Positions 34,187 through 43,943 of a stretch of DNA of 64,000 bases are shown here, piece by piece. The DNA comes from Tagaea sp. (GTDB taxonomy: Bacteria > Pseudomonadota > Alphaproteobacteria > CACIAM-22H2): NCBI GenBank assembly GCA_965279525.1, contig CBDIIB010000005.1, forward strand, positions 1,088,001-1,152,000, given 5' to 3'. The position numbers and the translations under genes are program-made. A model generated the notes under the pieces. The model was not told the origin of the DNA. It was given only the letters and a program-made list of their open reading frames with translations, and searched no databases. Numbering within the stretch: position 1 is the first letter of the stretch; every line of letters starts with the position of its first letter.

Positions 34187-34831
34187 TCAGTCGCCGACCG
34201 GCTTCGATTTCGGCCGGTAGGCGCAGATCGACGCCACGGTGCAGCGCCAGCATTCGGGCTTGCGCGCCTTGCAGACATAGCGCCCGTGCAGGATCAGCCA
34301 GTGATGCGCGTGGCGGCGGAATTCGTCGGGCGTGTCCTTCACGAGGCCGTCCTCGACCTCGCGCGGCGTCCTGCCTTTGGCAAGGCCGGTGCGGTTGCCC
34401 ACGCGGAAGATGTGCGTGTCGACCGCGATGGTCGGCTCGCCGAACGCGACGTTGAGCACGACGTTCGCGGTCTTGCGGCCCACGCCGGGGAGCGCTTCGA
34501 GCGCTTCGCGCGAGCGCGGGATTTCGCCGCCATGCTCGCGCACGAGGATCTCGGAGAGCGCGATGACGTTCTTCGCCTTGGTGTTGAACAGCCCGATCGT
34601 CTTGACGTGCTCGCGCACGGCTTCAAGGCCGAGGGCGAGTATCTCGGCCGGCGTCTTCACTTTCGCGAACAGCGCGCGCGTCGCCTTGTTGACGCCCACG
34701 TCCGTCGCCTGCGCCGACAGCACGACCGCGACGAGCAGCTGGTAGGGATTGCCCCATTCGAGCTCGGTCTCCGGCTCGGGCGTGCGCGCGGCGAGGCGGA
34801 CGTAGAATTCCTGGATGTCGGCTTTCTTCAT
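34187..34831 (-). CDS. nth: Endonuclease III
   Basis: LLVAVVLSAQATD, HhH LPGVGRKTANV, VDTH, CKARKPECWRCTVASIC Fe-S motif. Confidence 0.97.
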   Translation of the reverse strand: MKKADIQEFYVRLAARTPEPETELEWGNPYQLLVAVVLSAQATDVGVNKATRALFAKVKTPAEILALGLEAVREHVKTIGLFNTKAKNVIALSEILVREHGGEIPRSREALEALPGVGRKTANVVLNVAFGEPTIAVDTHIFRVGNRTGLAKGRTPREVEDGLVKDTPDEFRRHAHHWLILHGRYVCKARKPECWRCTVASICAYRPKSKPVGD

Positions 34832-34894
34832 CGTCCTTGGCGATACGGCGCCGGCGTTTCGCGGTCAAGCGGAACGCGCTATCCTCGGCACGCC

Positions 34895-35374
34895 ATGACC
34901 GCCCCGCTCCTCGATCTCACGCTGCGTCCGCACCGCTCTTTGAGCCGGCGCGGCTTCGCGATCCTGATGGGGCTGCTGGTCGCCGTCAGCTTTGCGGCAG
35001 GGGCCGCGTTCGTCGCCGTGGGCGCATGGCCGGTCGTCGGGTTCCTGGGCCTCGACGTGCTGCTGGTGTGGATCGCGTTGCGCGTGAGTTTCGCGCGCGG
35101 CCGGGCGCGCGAGCGCCTGACGCTGCACGCGGACCGCTTCGAGATCGAGCGCACCGACCGCTGGGGACGACGGGAACGCCGCCAGCTCGAACCCTACTGG
35201 CTCAAAGTCGAACTGGCCGACCAGGGTGCGGGCGCCCCGCTCGTGCGCCTGCGCAGCCACGGCAAGTCGACGGTCGTGGGTGCGTTCCTGGGTGCGGGCG
35301 AACGCACGCAACTTGCCCGCACGCTCGAAGAAGCGCTCAAGCACTGGCGTCAGGGAACGCGCAGTTCCTCGTAG
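34895..35374 (+). CDS. DUF2244 family membrane protein
   Basis: LRPHRSLS, GAWPVVGFLGLDV, GAFLG..ER; 3' end overlaps the GST gene by 25 bp. Confidence 0.88.
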   Translation: MTAPLLDLTLRPHRSLSRRGFAILMGLLVAVSFAAGAAFVAVGAWPVVGFLGLDVLLVWIALRVSFARGRARERLTLHADRFEIERTDRWGRRERRQLEPYWLKVELADQGAGAPLVRLRSHGKSTVVGAFLGAGERTQLARTLEEALKHWRQGTRSSS

Positions 35375-35991
35375 GATATCATCACGTGTTCGCGGAATGC
35401 CGCGCGCTGTGCGAGCCGGTCATAGTACCGGCGCAGGGCCGGAAACGCCGGGCGCGCGATGTCGATGTCGTAATAGCGGTAGAGCACGTGGCCGAACTGG
35501 ATATCGGCCAGCGTGAAATCCGGTCCGGCGAGGAACGCGTCCTTCGCCAGCCGCGCTTCGGCGATCGCGAGTTTCTTTGCAAGTGCTTCGACCGCAAGCG
35601 CGATGGCGGCCGGATCGCGCTTCGCGGCCGACGTGCGCACGACGCGCCAGAAGACGGGCGCCGTAAAGCCGAGCGTGATGTTGATCTTCGCCCACTCGGC
35701 CCACATGTCGACCTGCGCGCGGGCAATTCCCTCGGCCGGCCAGAAAGGCGCTTTCGCATGGCGCGCGCACAGATGGCGCAGGATGGCACCGGTTTCCCAC
35801 AGCGGCGGATCATCGCCGTCGACCAGCACGGGCACCGTGCCGTTCGGGTTCATCGCAAGGAACTCCGGCGTGTCGACCACGCCGTACGTGAAGCCGGCAT
35901 CGATGCGCTTCACCGGCAGGCCAAGCTCGCCGATGCACCACATCAGTGCCTGCACGTTGGATGAGGAGGCGCGGCCCCAGACGGTCAGCAC
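35350..35991 (-). CDS. Glutathione S-transferase (GstB-like)
   Basis: VWGRASSSNVQ, MNPNGTVP, LWETGAI, FTLADI; GTG start just after the dapB stop. Confidence 0.9.
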   Translation of the reverse strand: MLTVWGRASSSNVQALMWCIGELGLPVKRIDAGFTYGVVDTPEFLAMNPNGTVPVLVDGDDPPLWETGAILRHLCARHAKAPFWPAEGIARAQVDMWAEWAKINITLGFTAPVFWRVVRTSAAKRDPAAIALAVEALAKKLAIAEARLAKDAFLAGPDFTLADIQFGHVLYRYYDIDIARPAFPALRRYYDRLAQRAAFREHVMISYEELRVP

Positions 35992-35993
35992 GA

Positions 35994-36797
35994 TCAGAGC
36001 CCGAGCACGTCGCGCATCGAATAGAGGCCGGGGCCCTTGCCGGCCGCCCACAGGGCGGCGCGCACGGCCCCCTTGGCATAGACCTGCCTTCCCTGCGCCT
36101 TGTGCGCGATCTCCAGCCGCTCGCCGTCGCCCATGAACATCACGGTGTGCTCGCCGATTTCCGAACCGCCGCGCGCGACCGAAAAGCCGATGGGGCCCTG
36201 CGGCCGTGCACCGGTGTGCCCGTCGCGGCTGCGCACCGTGTCCTTCGCGAAATCGAGCCCGCGGCCCTTGGCGGCCGAACGGCCCAGCGACAGCGCCGTG
36301 CCCGAAGGCGCGTCGACCTTGTGCTTGTGGTGGGCTTCGAAAATCTCGATGTCGTAATCGGGCCCGAGACGGCGTGCTGCTTCCTCGACCAGGGCGAAGG
36401 CGAGATTGACGCCGAGCGAGAAATTCGTCGCCTGAACGATGGTCGCCGTCTTCGCCGCCGCGTCGATCTTCTTCTGGTCGTCGGCCGAAAGACCCGTGGT
36501 CCCGAGCACGAGGATCTTCTTGCCGGCCGCCGCGAATCCGGCATGCGCCACGCTCGCCGCCGGTGCCGTGAAATCGATCACGGCATCGCACGCGGCGAAC
36601 AGCGACGCGGGATCGGCGCCCAGCTTCGACTGAAGTGCTCCCAGGCCCGCGACCTCGCCCGCATCGCGGCCGAGCGCAGGGCTCGACGGGTTTTCCGTGC
36701 CGCCGCCGAACGCGGCCCCTTGCGTGGCGACGATCTCGCGCACCAGCATCTGGCCCATGCGCCCGCCCGCCCCGACAACGCCGATCCTGATCGCCAT
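35994..36797 (-). CDS. dapB: 4-hydroxy-tetrahydrodipicolinate reductase
   Basis: GAGGRMG, IDFT, GTTG, EAHHKHKVDAPSGTAL, GLYSMRDVLGL. Confidence 0.96.
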   Translation of the reverse strand: MAIRIGVVGAGGRMGQMLVREIVATQGAAFGGGTENPSSPALGRDAGEVAGLGALQSKLGADPASLFAACDAVIDFTAPAASVAHAGFAAAGKKILVLGTTGLSADDQKKIDAAAKTATIVQATNFSLGVNLAFALVEEAARRLGPDYDIEIFEAHHKHKVDAPSGTALSLGRSAAKGRGLDFAKDTVRSRDGHTGARPQGPIGFSVARGGSEIGEHTVMFMGDGERLEIAHKAQGRQVYAKGAVRAALWAAGKGPGLYSMRDVLGL

Positions 36798-36817
36798 GCC
36801 GCCCGTCCCCTGTCCCG

Positions 36818-37561
36818 TCAGATGTTCAGCTTCTTGAAGATGCGTTCCGGGATGTGCCGGATGATCGTCATGATGCCCCACCAGAACAGCGGCGCATAGA
36901 CGATGTCGCGCTTCTTCGCCACCGCCGCCAGTGCTGCCTGCGCGATCGCTTCGGGCGGTGCCACGAGGAACATCCCCGGCAGGCCCCACGTCATCGCGGT
37001 ATCGACGAAGCCCGGCTTCAGCGTGACGACATGCACGCCCTTGCGGACCAGCCGCGCGCGCAGTCCTTGAAGATAGGCATGCAGGCCGGCCTTGGCGGCA
37101 CCATAGACATAGTTCTTGAGCCGGCCGCGATCGCCGGCGACCGAGCCCAGCGCCACGACCGCACCCGACCCTTGCGCTTCCAGCACGGGCGCGAGGCGAT
37201 GCAGGATCCCGGCGGCGTTCGTGAAATTCGTCGCCACCGTCGGGCCGATCAGCGCCGGGTCGGCATCGATCGCCGCCTGCTCGGGCATCGCGCCGAAGGC
37301 GAGGAACACGCTGAGGGGTGCGCCGGCGGCGAATTCCAGCACCCACGCGACGAGCTCGGCGTGGGCGTGCGTGTCGCTCGCGTCGAACTTGACCGCTTCG
37401 CAGCGCTGTCCCGTGCGCAGCGCGATGTCGGCGGCCGTCGCACTGGCATCGTCGAGATCGCGCGCGGCGAGCAGCACGTCGGACCCGCCTTTCGCGGCCG
37501 CACGCGCGAATTCCCGCGCGATGGCGGACGTGGCACCCAGCACGATCCACACGCCGCTCAT
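36818..37561 (-). CDS. DprE2-like SDR (decaprenylphospho-ketoribose 2-reductase-like)
   Basis: LGATSAIA, SVAGDRGR..NYVYGAAK (YxxxK), KPGFVDTAMT, IPERIFKKL; directly downstream of the DprE1-like gene. Confidence 0.85.
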   Translation of the reverse strand: MSGVWIVLGATSAIAREFARAAAKGGSDVLLAARDLDDASATAADIALRTGQRCEAVKFDASDTHAHAELVAWVLEFAAGAPLSVFLAFGAMPEQAAIDADPALIGPTVATNFTNAAGILHRLAPVLEAQGSGAVVALGSVAGDRGRLKNYVYGAAKAGLHAYLQGLRARLVRKGVHVVTLKPGFVDTAMTWGLPGMFLVAPPEAIAQAALAAVAKKRDIVYAPLFWWGIMTIIRHIPERIFKKLNI

Positions 37562-38910
37562 ACCGGCCTCCGCCCGATGCCGAGCCGGCGCGACTGGTCG
37601 GACGCGAACGCGCCTTGCGGATCGTATTTCGCGAGGGCGGACTCGAAATCCGGCAGCCCGGGATATGTGGCCGCGAACGTGTCGGCCGACATCGTCGCGT
37701 CCTTGGCAAGATAGATGCGCCCGCCGGCATCGCGCGCGATCCGTTCGAGGCGGGCCATCAGTTCGTCGGCACCCGACGCGCGCGGAATGTCGAGGGCGAG
37801 TGTCACGCCGCGCATCGGGAACGAGAGATGCCCGCGCCCTTCCCCGCCCAGCGTCTTCAGCACGGCAAGGAACGAGGCGTTGCCGCCGGCGGAGATCGCG
37901 TCGAGCATCGCGCGCGTGGCAGCATGGGCACCCGCATCGGGCACCACCGACTGGAACTGGTAGAAGCCGCGCTTGCCGTAGAGCCGGTTCCAGCCCGAAA
38001 GACTGTCGAGCGGATAGAAGAACGCGTCGAGGCCACGCGTCGATTCGCGACCCGCAGCGGGCACGCGACGGAAATAGATCTCGTTGAACACGCGGATGCT
38101 GGCCGACGAAAGCGCGAAACCGGGCAGGTCGAACGGCACGGGCAAGGGCTTGCGCGGTTGCGGTACCGCTCCGGCGGTGGGCATGAATTCGGCCGTCTCG
38201 AAAATGCCGCGGCCCAGGTTTTTCCCGCGCGCCAGCGCGTCGACCCAGCCGACCGAAAAGGTGCTGGCGGCGCGCGCCTCGGCGAACGCGGCGAAGAAGC
38301 CGTCGAGACCGGCGATGCGCCGCGTGCGCACGGCAAGCCGGCCCGTGCCCGGCAGCATCCGGAACGCGGCACGCACGACGATGCCGTTCAATCCCATGCC
38401 GCCGATCGTGGCGCGGAAGAGATCGGTGTTGTCCTTCATCGATGCGCGCAGCGTGCGGCCGTCGGCCAGCATCACGTCGAGCCATTCGACATGGTCGCCG
38501 AACGAGCCGTGGCGGTCGTGGTTCTTGCCGTGCACGTCGGCGGCGATGGCCCCGCCCACGGTGACCCACGCCGTGCCCGGCGAGACCGGCGGCACGAAGC
38601 CGCGCGGCACGAACGTGTCGACGAGCGCCCGGAACGTGACCCCCGGCTCGCATTCGAGGATGCCGGTCGAAGGATCGAAGGCCAGCATCCGGTCGAGGCG
38701 CGCGGTCAGGATCGCGCGGCCGCCGGCGGGCCTTGCCGCATCGCCATAGGCGCGCCCGGCCCCGCGCGCCAGCACGACGCTGCCGGCGGCACGGGCGGCA
38801 GCAAGCGCTTCGCCCACGCCGGCCCGACGCTCCGGACGTGCGGCAAGGCCGGTGGCAGCGGTCCCGCGTCCCCAGCCTTCGAGCCCGATTTCCTTCCAGC
38901 GCACGGTCAT
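37558..38910 (-). CDS. DprE1-like FAD-binding oxidoreductase (decaprenylphosphoryl-ribose oxidase-like)
   Basis: GWGR, ARGAGRAYGDAA, PGTAWVTVGGAIAADVHGKNH, FFYPLD, WNRLYG..GFYQFQ, LSFP, GGRIYLAKD. Confidence 0.88.
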   Translation of the reverse strand: MTVRWKEIGLEGWGRGTAATGLAARPERRAGVGEALAAARAAGSVVLARGAGRAYGDAARPAGGRAILTARLDRMLAFDPSTGILECEPGVTFRALVDTFVPRGFVPPVSPGTAWVTVGGAIAADVHGKNHDRHGSFGDHVEWLDVMLADGRTLRASMKDNTDLFRATIGGMGLNGIVVRAAFRMLPGTGRLAVRTRRIAGLDGFFAAFAEARAASTFSVGWVDALARGKNLGRGIFETAEFMPTAGAVPQPRKPLPVPFDLPGFALSSASIRVFNEIYFRRVPAAGRESTRGLDAFFYPLDSLSGWNRLYGKRGFYQFQSVVPDAGAHAATRAMLDAISAGGNASFLAVLKTLGGEGRGHLSFPMRGVTLALDIPRASGADELMARLERIARDAGGRIYLAKDATMSADTFAATYPGLPDFESALAKYDPQGAFASDQSRRLGIGRRPV

Positions 38911-39767
38911 GCGTAGATCAGATAGCCGAAGACGGCGATCCAGCCCAGCACGCAGACGAGAAGAAACCGGTCGCCGACGGCAAGGTCGGTGGGCGAGCCC
39001 GCGCGCTCCTCGACCAGGGCGATCTGCAGGTAGCGCAGCACGCCGGCCACGACGAACGGTACGGTCAGATAAAGGCGGTCGGTGCCGTAGCGCCGGATCA
39101 CGTTGGCGTCGGTCGTGTAGATCACGTAGCTGACGAGCAAGGCGCCCAGCACGACGCCAAGGGCCGTGTCGACGAAGCGCAGGTTGTAGCCCGCAAGCGA
39201 CTTGCGGTGCGCCACGTCGAGGGCCCCGGTCAGATCGTCGCGCCGCTTGGCAAGTGCCAGGAACAGCGCCAGCAGCCCCGTGCACACGACGATCCACACC
39301 GTCGGCACGATGCCGATCGCCGCCGCCCCCGCCTCGACGCGCAGCACGAAGCCCGCCGCGACGATCAGCACGTCGAGCAGGCTCACGTGCTTGAGCCAGG
39401 TCGAGTAGACGAGATTGAGCACCACATAGAAGGCCAGCAGCTTCTGGAAGTGTGGCGGCAACGTCAGTGCTGCCGCCACGCAAGCCGCCGCCAGAAGCAA
39501 CGCGAAGGCCAGGGCGGCAGCCCCCGTCACGGCCCCCGACGCGATCGGCCGGTGGCGCTTTTCCGGATGCAGCCGGTCGGCGGTCCGGTCGAACCAGTCG
39601 TTGACGACATAGATTGCCGACGCCGCGAGACAGAATGCGGCGAATGCCAGCGCCACGGCCTGCAGGTTCGCCGCATTGAGCGCGCCCGGCGTGAAGAACA
39701 GCGGGGCGACGACGAAGGCGTTCTTGATCCAGTGCTTGGGCCGCGCGAGGCGGATCAGGGCGAGCAT
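38907..39767 (-). CDS. Decaprenyl-phosphate phosphoribosyltransferase (UbiA family, Rv3806c/NoeC-like)
   Basis: RPKHWIKN, YVVNDWFD..ADRLHPEKRHRPIASG, LVYS..LKH, GFVLR, KRRDD, LRY. Confidence 0.88.
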   Translation of the reverse strand: MLALIRLARPKHWIKNAFVVAPLFFTPGALNAANLQAVALAFAAFCLAASAIYVVNDWFDRTADRLHPEKRHRPIASGAVTGAAALAFALLLAAACVAAALTLPPHFQKLLAFYVVLNLVYSTWLKHVSLLDVLIVAAGFVLRVEAGAAAIGIVPTVWIVVCTGLLALFLALAKRRDDLTGALDVAHRKSLAGYNLRFVDTALGVVLGALLVSYVIYTTDANVIRRYGTDRLYLTVPFVVAGVLRYLQIALVEERAGSPTDLAVGDRFLLVCVLGWIAVFGYLIYA

Positions 39768-39858
39768 GGCCAGCCAATAGCATGCCGGTGCCGGGACGGC
39801 GACCGGATCGCGCGGGAAGAACGGCCATCCGGCCGCCATAATTCCCGCCGGACGGCCC

Positions 39859-41133
39859 TCAGTACAGCAAGTCGCGCAGCGCCAGCGAGATCGACGGCAC
39901 GTAGGTGATGACCATCAGGCAGGCAAGGATCACCAGCACGAAATGGCCGAGCGATTTGGTGATCTCGTTGAGCGAGATGCGCGCCACGGCACACGCCGCG
40001 AACAGGTTGACGCCGAAGGGCGGGGTGATCATGCCCAGTGCCAGGTTGACCACCATCACGAGCCCGAAATGCACCGGATCGATGCCGAGCTGGGCGGCGA
40101 CGGGTGCGAGGATGGGTGCCAGCACGATGATCGAGGCCGACGTCTCGATGAACATGCCGATGATGAACAGGAAGGCGTTGACCGCCAGCAGGAACGCCCA
40201 GCCTTCGTCGAAATTCGCCACGATCCAGGCGCCGATCTGCGCCGGGATGCCCGCGCGGGTCAGCAGGAAGCTGAACAGGCCGGCCATCGCGATGATGAAC
40301 ATGATCACCGCCGACGAGATGACCGACTTCTCCAGCACCGCATAGACCTGGCGCAGGCCAAGCTCGCGGTAGACGAAGCAGCTGACGAACAGCGCGTAGA
40401 ACACCGCCACGATGGAGGCTTCGGTCGGCGTGAAGATGCCGCCATAGATGCCGCCCAGGATGATGACCGGCATCAGCAGTGCCAGCCCCGCCCGGCGCGT
40501 GGCGAGCAGCAGCGGCTCGCGGCCCTCGGCATCGCGCATGCCGTAGCCGCGCAGGCGGCACCAGACATAGACGAACGCCATCAGCGCCCCGCCGATCAGG
40601 AAGCCGGGGCCAAAGCCGGCGACGAACAGCTCGCCGATCGACACTTCGGCCGCCACGCCGTAGAGGATCAGCGGGATCGACGGCGGGATGATGACGCCAA
40701 GTTCGGCAGCAGTCGCCTGCAGCGAGGCGGCGAACGACACCGGATACCCGTGGCGCACCATCGCCGGGATCAGGATGGCGCCGATGGCGAACGTCGTCGC
40801 CACGCTCGATCCCGACACGGCGGCGAAGATCATGCAGGTGAGGATGCAGGTGCAGGCAAGCCCGCCCTGCACGCCGCCCACCAGGCACTTGGCGAAGTCG
40901 ACCAGCCGGGCCGAGATGCCGCCCTCGCCCATCAGGTTGCCCGCCAGGATGAAGAACGGCACGGCAGCGAGCGGGAACTTGTCGAGGGCGGCGAAGGCCT
41001 GCTGCGCCACGAGGATCATCGGCAGCGACGTGAAGGCACCCATGCCCGCGATGGCCGCAAGCCCGATCGAGATCGCGACCGGGATCGACAGCATCAGCAG
41101 GACGCACATCGTGATCAGCATCGTGGGGGCCAT
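39859..41133 (-). CDS. dctM: TRAP transporter large permease
   Basis: AVPFFILAG, FAAVSGSSVA, IIPPSIP, GIFTPTEA, GIDPVHFG, ITPPFG. Confidence 0.93.
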   Translation of the reverse strand: MAPTMLITMCVLLMLSIPVAISIGLAAIAGMGAFTSLPMILVAQQAFAALDKFPLAAVPFFILAGNLMGEGGISARLVDFAKCLVGGVQGGLACTCILTCMIFAAVSGSSVATTFAIGAILIPAMVRHGYPVSFAASLQATAAELGVIIPPSIPLILYGVAAEVSIGELFVAGFGPGFLIGGALMAFVYVWCRLRGYGMRDAEGREPLLLATRRAGLALLMPVIILGGIYGGIFTPTEASIVAVFYALFVSCFVYRELGLRQVYAVLEKSVISSAVIMFIIAMAGLFSFLLTRAGIPAQIGAWIVANFDEGWAFLLAVNAFLFIIGMFIETSASIIVLAPILAPVAAQLGIDPVHFGLVMVVNLALGMITPPFGVNLFAACAVARISLNEITKSLGHFVLVILACLMVITYVPSISLALRDLLY

Positions 41134-41145
41134 CGTGCGACTCCC

Positions 41146-41664
41146 CTAGACCGCTGACTCGAGGTCTTCGCGCCTGGGATCGAAATAGTGCGCGAGGACG
41201 GCGAGGATCGAGATCGCGGCACCGGTCGGGATCGCTGCGTAGGCCCAGCTCACCGGCACTTCAAGGCCCGCGAGCGTCTGGAAGCGGACGCGTCCGGTGA
41301 GGATCGCGCCGTACCAGACGAGGATCGCGAGCAGGGAAAGCGTGGAAAGCGTGATCGCGGCCTCGAGCACGCGGCGTGCCCTGCCGCGGCAGGCCTTGTA
41401 GAGGACGTCGACCGAGACGAGTGCGCCCGCCCGCATGGCGCCGCACAGGCCCAGATACGCCATCCAGATCAGCAGCACGCGCACCGCCGTTTCCGACCAG
41501 GTGACCGGCTCGGCCAGCAGGAAGCGCGCGAGCACCTGATAGAAGCCGACGGCCGCGGCGGCTGCCAGAAGGCAGCACGCCGCGAACACGCTGGCCCGGG
41601 TGACCGCGCGCTCGACCGCCAGCAGCAGCCGGACCGCCGGGGCGGCCACGACGGCTTTTGTCAC
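41146..41664 (-). CDS. dctQ: TRAP transporter small permease
   Basis: GTG start overlapping the dctP stop; QVLARF...TWSETAVR, four TM helices. Confidence 0.88.
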   Translation of the reverse strand: MTKAVVAAPAVRLLLAVERAVTRASVFAACCLLAAAAAVGFYQVLARFLLAEPVTWSETAVRVLLIWMAYLGLCGAMRAGALVSVDVLYKACRGRARRVLEAAITLSTLSLLAILVWYGAILTGRVRFQTLAGLEVPVSWAYAAIPTGAAISILAVLAHYFDPRREDLESAV

Positions 41665-42644
41665 TTGTGGTCCTTGATGCGGGTGATCGTCGCTTCGCCG
41701 AAGCGCTTGGCAAGATCGGCGAAGGTCGGGGCAAGGACGGCCTGGAACTTCGAGGTGTCGACCTTCTCGACGACCTGCATGCCGAGGCCGCGCAGCGTGT
41801 CCACGCCGGTCTTCTCCACCTTGGCGACCTCGTCCTTGCACACGGCCATCGCCGCGGTCGCCTCTTCCTGGAGCACCTGACGGTCGGCCGGCGAGAGCGA
41901 AGCGAACGCGGCAGGCGAGATCACGAGGGCTACCGGCGTGAAGGCGTGGTTGGAGATCGTCAGGTACTTCTGCACCTGGCCGAAGCGGTTGTTGATGATG
42001 GCGCCGATCGGGTTTTCCTGGCCGTCCATCACGCCCTGCTGGAGGGCCGTGAAGACCTCGGGGATCGCCATCGGCGTGGGCTGGGCGCCGAGTGCGCGCC
42101 AGACCTGGATGTGGATCGGGTTTTCCTGCGTGCGGATCTTGAGGCCCTTCACGTCGTCGACGCCGGTGACCGGACGCTTGCTGTTGGTGAGCTGGCGGAA
42201 GCCGATGCCGCCCAGCGCCAGCCCCTTGAAGCCGCGCGCGTCGAACTTGGCGAGAAGCTCCTTGCCGAACGCGCCGTCGAGCACGCCCTGCGCGTGGTCG
42301 AAATCGCGGAACAGGAACGGGATGTCGAGCACCTGCACGTCGGGCACGAAATTGGCGAAGATCGAGGTCGACGAGATCGTCATCTCGACCGTGCCGATCT
42401 GGACGCCCTCGATCACCTCGCGGTCGCCGCCGAGCGCGCCGCCCGGATGCAGGCGGATGTCGACGCGACCGGCCGTGCGCTGCTTGACCTTCTCGGCCAT
42501 CGACGTCAGCGCGATGCCTTCGGGCGCCGTCTGGCGGCCGACGAAACCGAGATTGAGGACCTTGGGCGCCTGAGCCGCTGCTTCCTGCGCGAACAGGATT
42601 CCGGCTGCGAGCATCGCTGCCGCGAGATAGCTTGTTTTCGACAT
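41661..42644 (-). CDS. dctP: TRAP transporter substrate-binding protein
   Basis: Signal peptide; LGGDREVIEG, DIPFLFRD, GFRQ, GLKIR, EVFTALQQGVMDGQENP. Confidence 0.93.
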   Translation of the reverse strand: MSKTSYLAAAMLAAGILFAQEAAAQAPKVLNLGFVGRQTAPEGIALTSMAEKVKQRTAGRVDIRLHPGGALGGDREVIEGVQIGTVEMTISSTSIFANFVPDVQVLDIPFLFRDFDHAQGVLDGAFGKELLAKFDARGFKGLALGGIGFRQLTNSKRPVTGVDDVKGLKIRTQENPIHIQVWRALGAQPTPMAIPEVFTALQQGVMDGQENPIGAIINNRFGQVQKYLTISNHAFTPVALVISPAAFASLSPADRQVLQEEATAAMAVCKDEVAKVEKTGVDTLRGLGMQVVEKVDTSKFQAVLAPTFADLAKRFGEATITRIKDHK

Positions 42645-42686
42645 GTGGGTTTCCTCCGGTTTGTTTTTTTGAACGGTCGGGCGGCG

Positions 42687-43841
42687 CTATTGCACCGTCC
42701 AGCTTTCGACGAGATGGGGGGCGAATCGTTCGGGGCCGAGCTCGAGTCCCAGTCCCGGTCCGTCGGGAACGGCGACCGTTCCGGCATCGTCGACCGGGCA
42801 GTCGCCGCACATCGTGCGCAGCGGGTTGTACGAGGAGTCGTACTCGAACAGCGGGCAAGGCATCGCGTGGCCCGGGCGGCCGGGCAGGATCGAAGCGAAG
42901 TGCAGCGACGCGTTGAAGTTGACGGCCGTCCCCCACACATGCGGCACGAGTGCGATGTCGAAGGCCTCGGCGAGGGCGGCGATCTTCAGCCCCTCGGTGA
43001 TGCCGCCGCACAAGGCCAGATCGGGCTGCAGATAGCCGAGGACGCCCGCTCCGACGACATCGCGGAAGGCCTGCACGCCGAACAGCGACTCGCCGCCGGC
43101 AAGCGGGATGCGCACCTGGTCGGCAAGCCGGCGATATGCTGCGATGTTGTCGTGGGCCATCGGCTCTTCCAGCCAGCGCACGTCGCATTCGACGAGGCGG
43201 TGTGCGAGGTCGGCGGCCGGGCCGAACGTGAAGCCCTGGTTGAGATCGACCATCAGCGGCATTTTCGCGCCGATGCGCTCGCGCACGCGGCGCGCGATCG
43301 CGCCGTCGATTTCCGGCGACGTGCCCAGCCGCAGCTTGATCGCGCGGAAGCCGGCAGCGAGATAGCCGTCGATGTCGGGGAAATAGTCGCGATAGGGATC
43401 GGCCCCCGGCTTCAGGAACGGACCGCTGACATAGGCGAAGACGCGCTCGCGCACCGCACCGCCGAGGTAGGCGTGCAGCGGCTGGCGCGCGGTGCGCGCG
43501 GCCGCGTCCCATGCCGCGATGTCGAGGGCACTGACCGCCATCAGCGGCACGCCATGGCGCTCGGGCAATCTGCGCATCATCAGGTCGTGCAGGCGGCGCG
43601 GGGCCGACGCGTCCTGGCCGACAAGATGGGGGGCGAGCTGCCTTCGCACGATGTCGGACGCGGCCCCCGGATAGGCCCAGGTCTCGCCCCAGCCGGTGAC
43701 GCCTTCGCGGGTCGTGACGGCCACGAGAAGGGCCCCGCGGCTTTCAAAAAATCCGCGCGAATTCCCGATCCGTTCGGGGAGCGGGCAGGACAGTTCATAG
43801 CCGTCGATTCGGACGATCTGGGACGCAAGCGGGGAAGCCAT
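42687..43841 (-). CDS. Mandelate racemase/muconate lactonizing enzyme family (galactarolactone cycloisomerase-like)
   Basis: GWGE, SALDIAAWD, KLR, metal ligands MVD/WLEEP/GGE, QPD, VPHVWG, FEYD, PGLG; start at 43841 or 43847. Confidence 0.9.
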   Translation of the reverse strand: MASPLASQIVRIDGYELSCPLPERIGNSRGFFESRGALLVAVTTREGVTGWGETWAYPGAASDIVRRQLAPHLVGQDASAPRRLHDLMMRRLPERHGVPLMAVSALDIAAWDAAARTARQPLHAYLGGAVRERVFAYVSGPFLKPGADPYRDYFPDIDGYLAAGFRAIKLRLGTSPEIDGAIARRVRERIGAKMPLMVDLNQGFTFGPAADLAHRLVECDVRWLEEPMAHDNIAAYRRLADQVRIPLAGGESLFGVQAFRDVVGAGVLGYLQPDLALCGGITEGLKIAALAEAFDIALVPHVWGTAVNFNASLHFASILPGRPGHAMPCPLFEYDSSYNPLRTMCGDCPVDDAGTVAVPDGPGLGLELGPERFAPHLVESWTVQ

Positions 43842-43874
43842 CGGCACGCACGGGCTGGAAGTCGCTGACAGGCC

Positions 43875-43943
43875 GTTGACTTAGCTCCGGTAAATACTGC
43901 AAATCCAATTGGATTATTCAACGTCGATACATTAAAAAAACCT
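43875..43943. promoter_or_regulatory. AT-rich divergent promoter region with LysR T-N11-A type sites
   Basis: AT-rich intergenic between the enolase gene and LysR; TTCAACGTCGATA fits T-N11-A. Confidence 0.4.

Noticed and set aside
37558-39828. Apparent long ORFs suggesting fusions among UbiA, DprE1, DprE2 and dapB
   Set aside because: Upstream extensions are off-frame read-throughs; each gene has its own ATG with a 4-bp overlap or RBS
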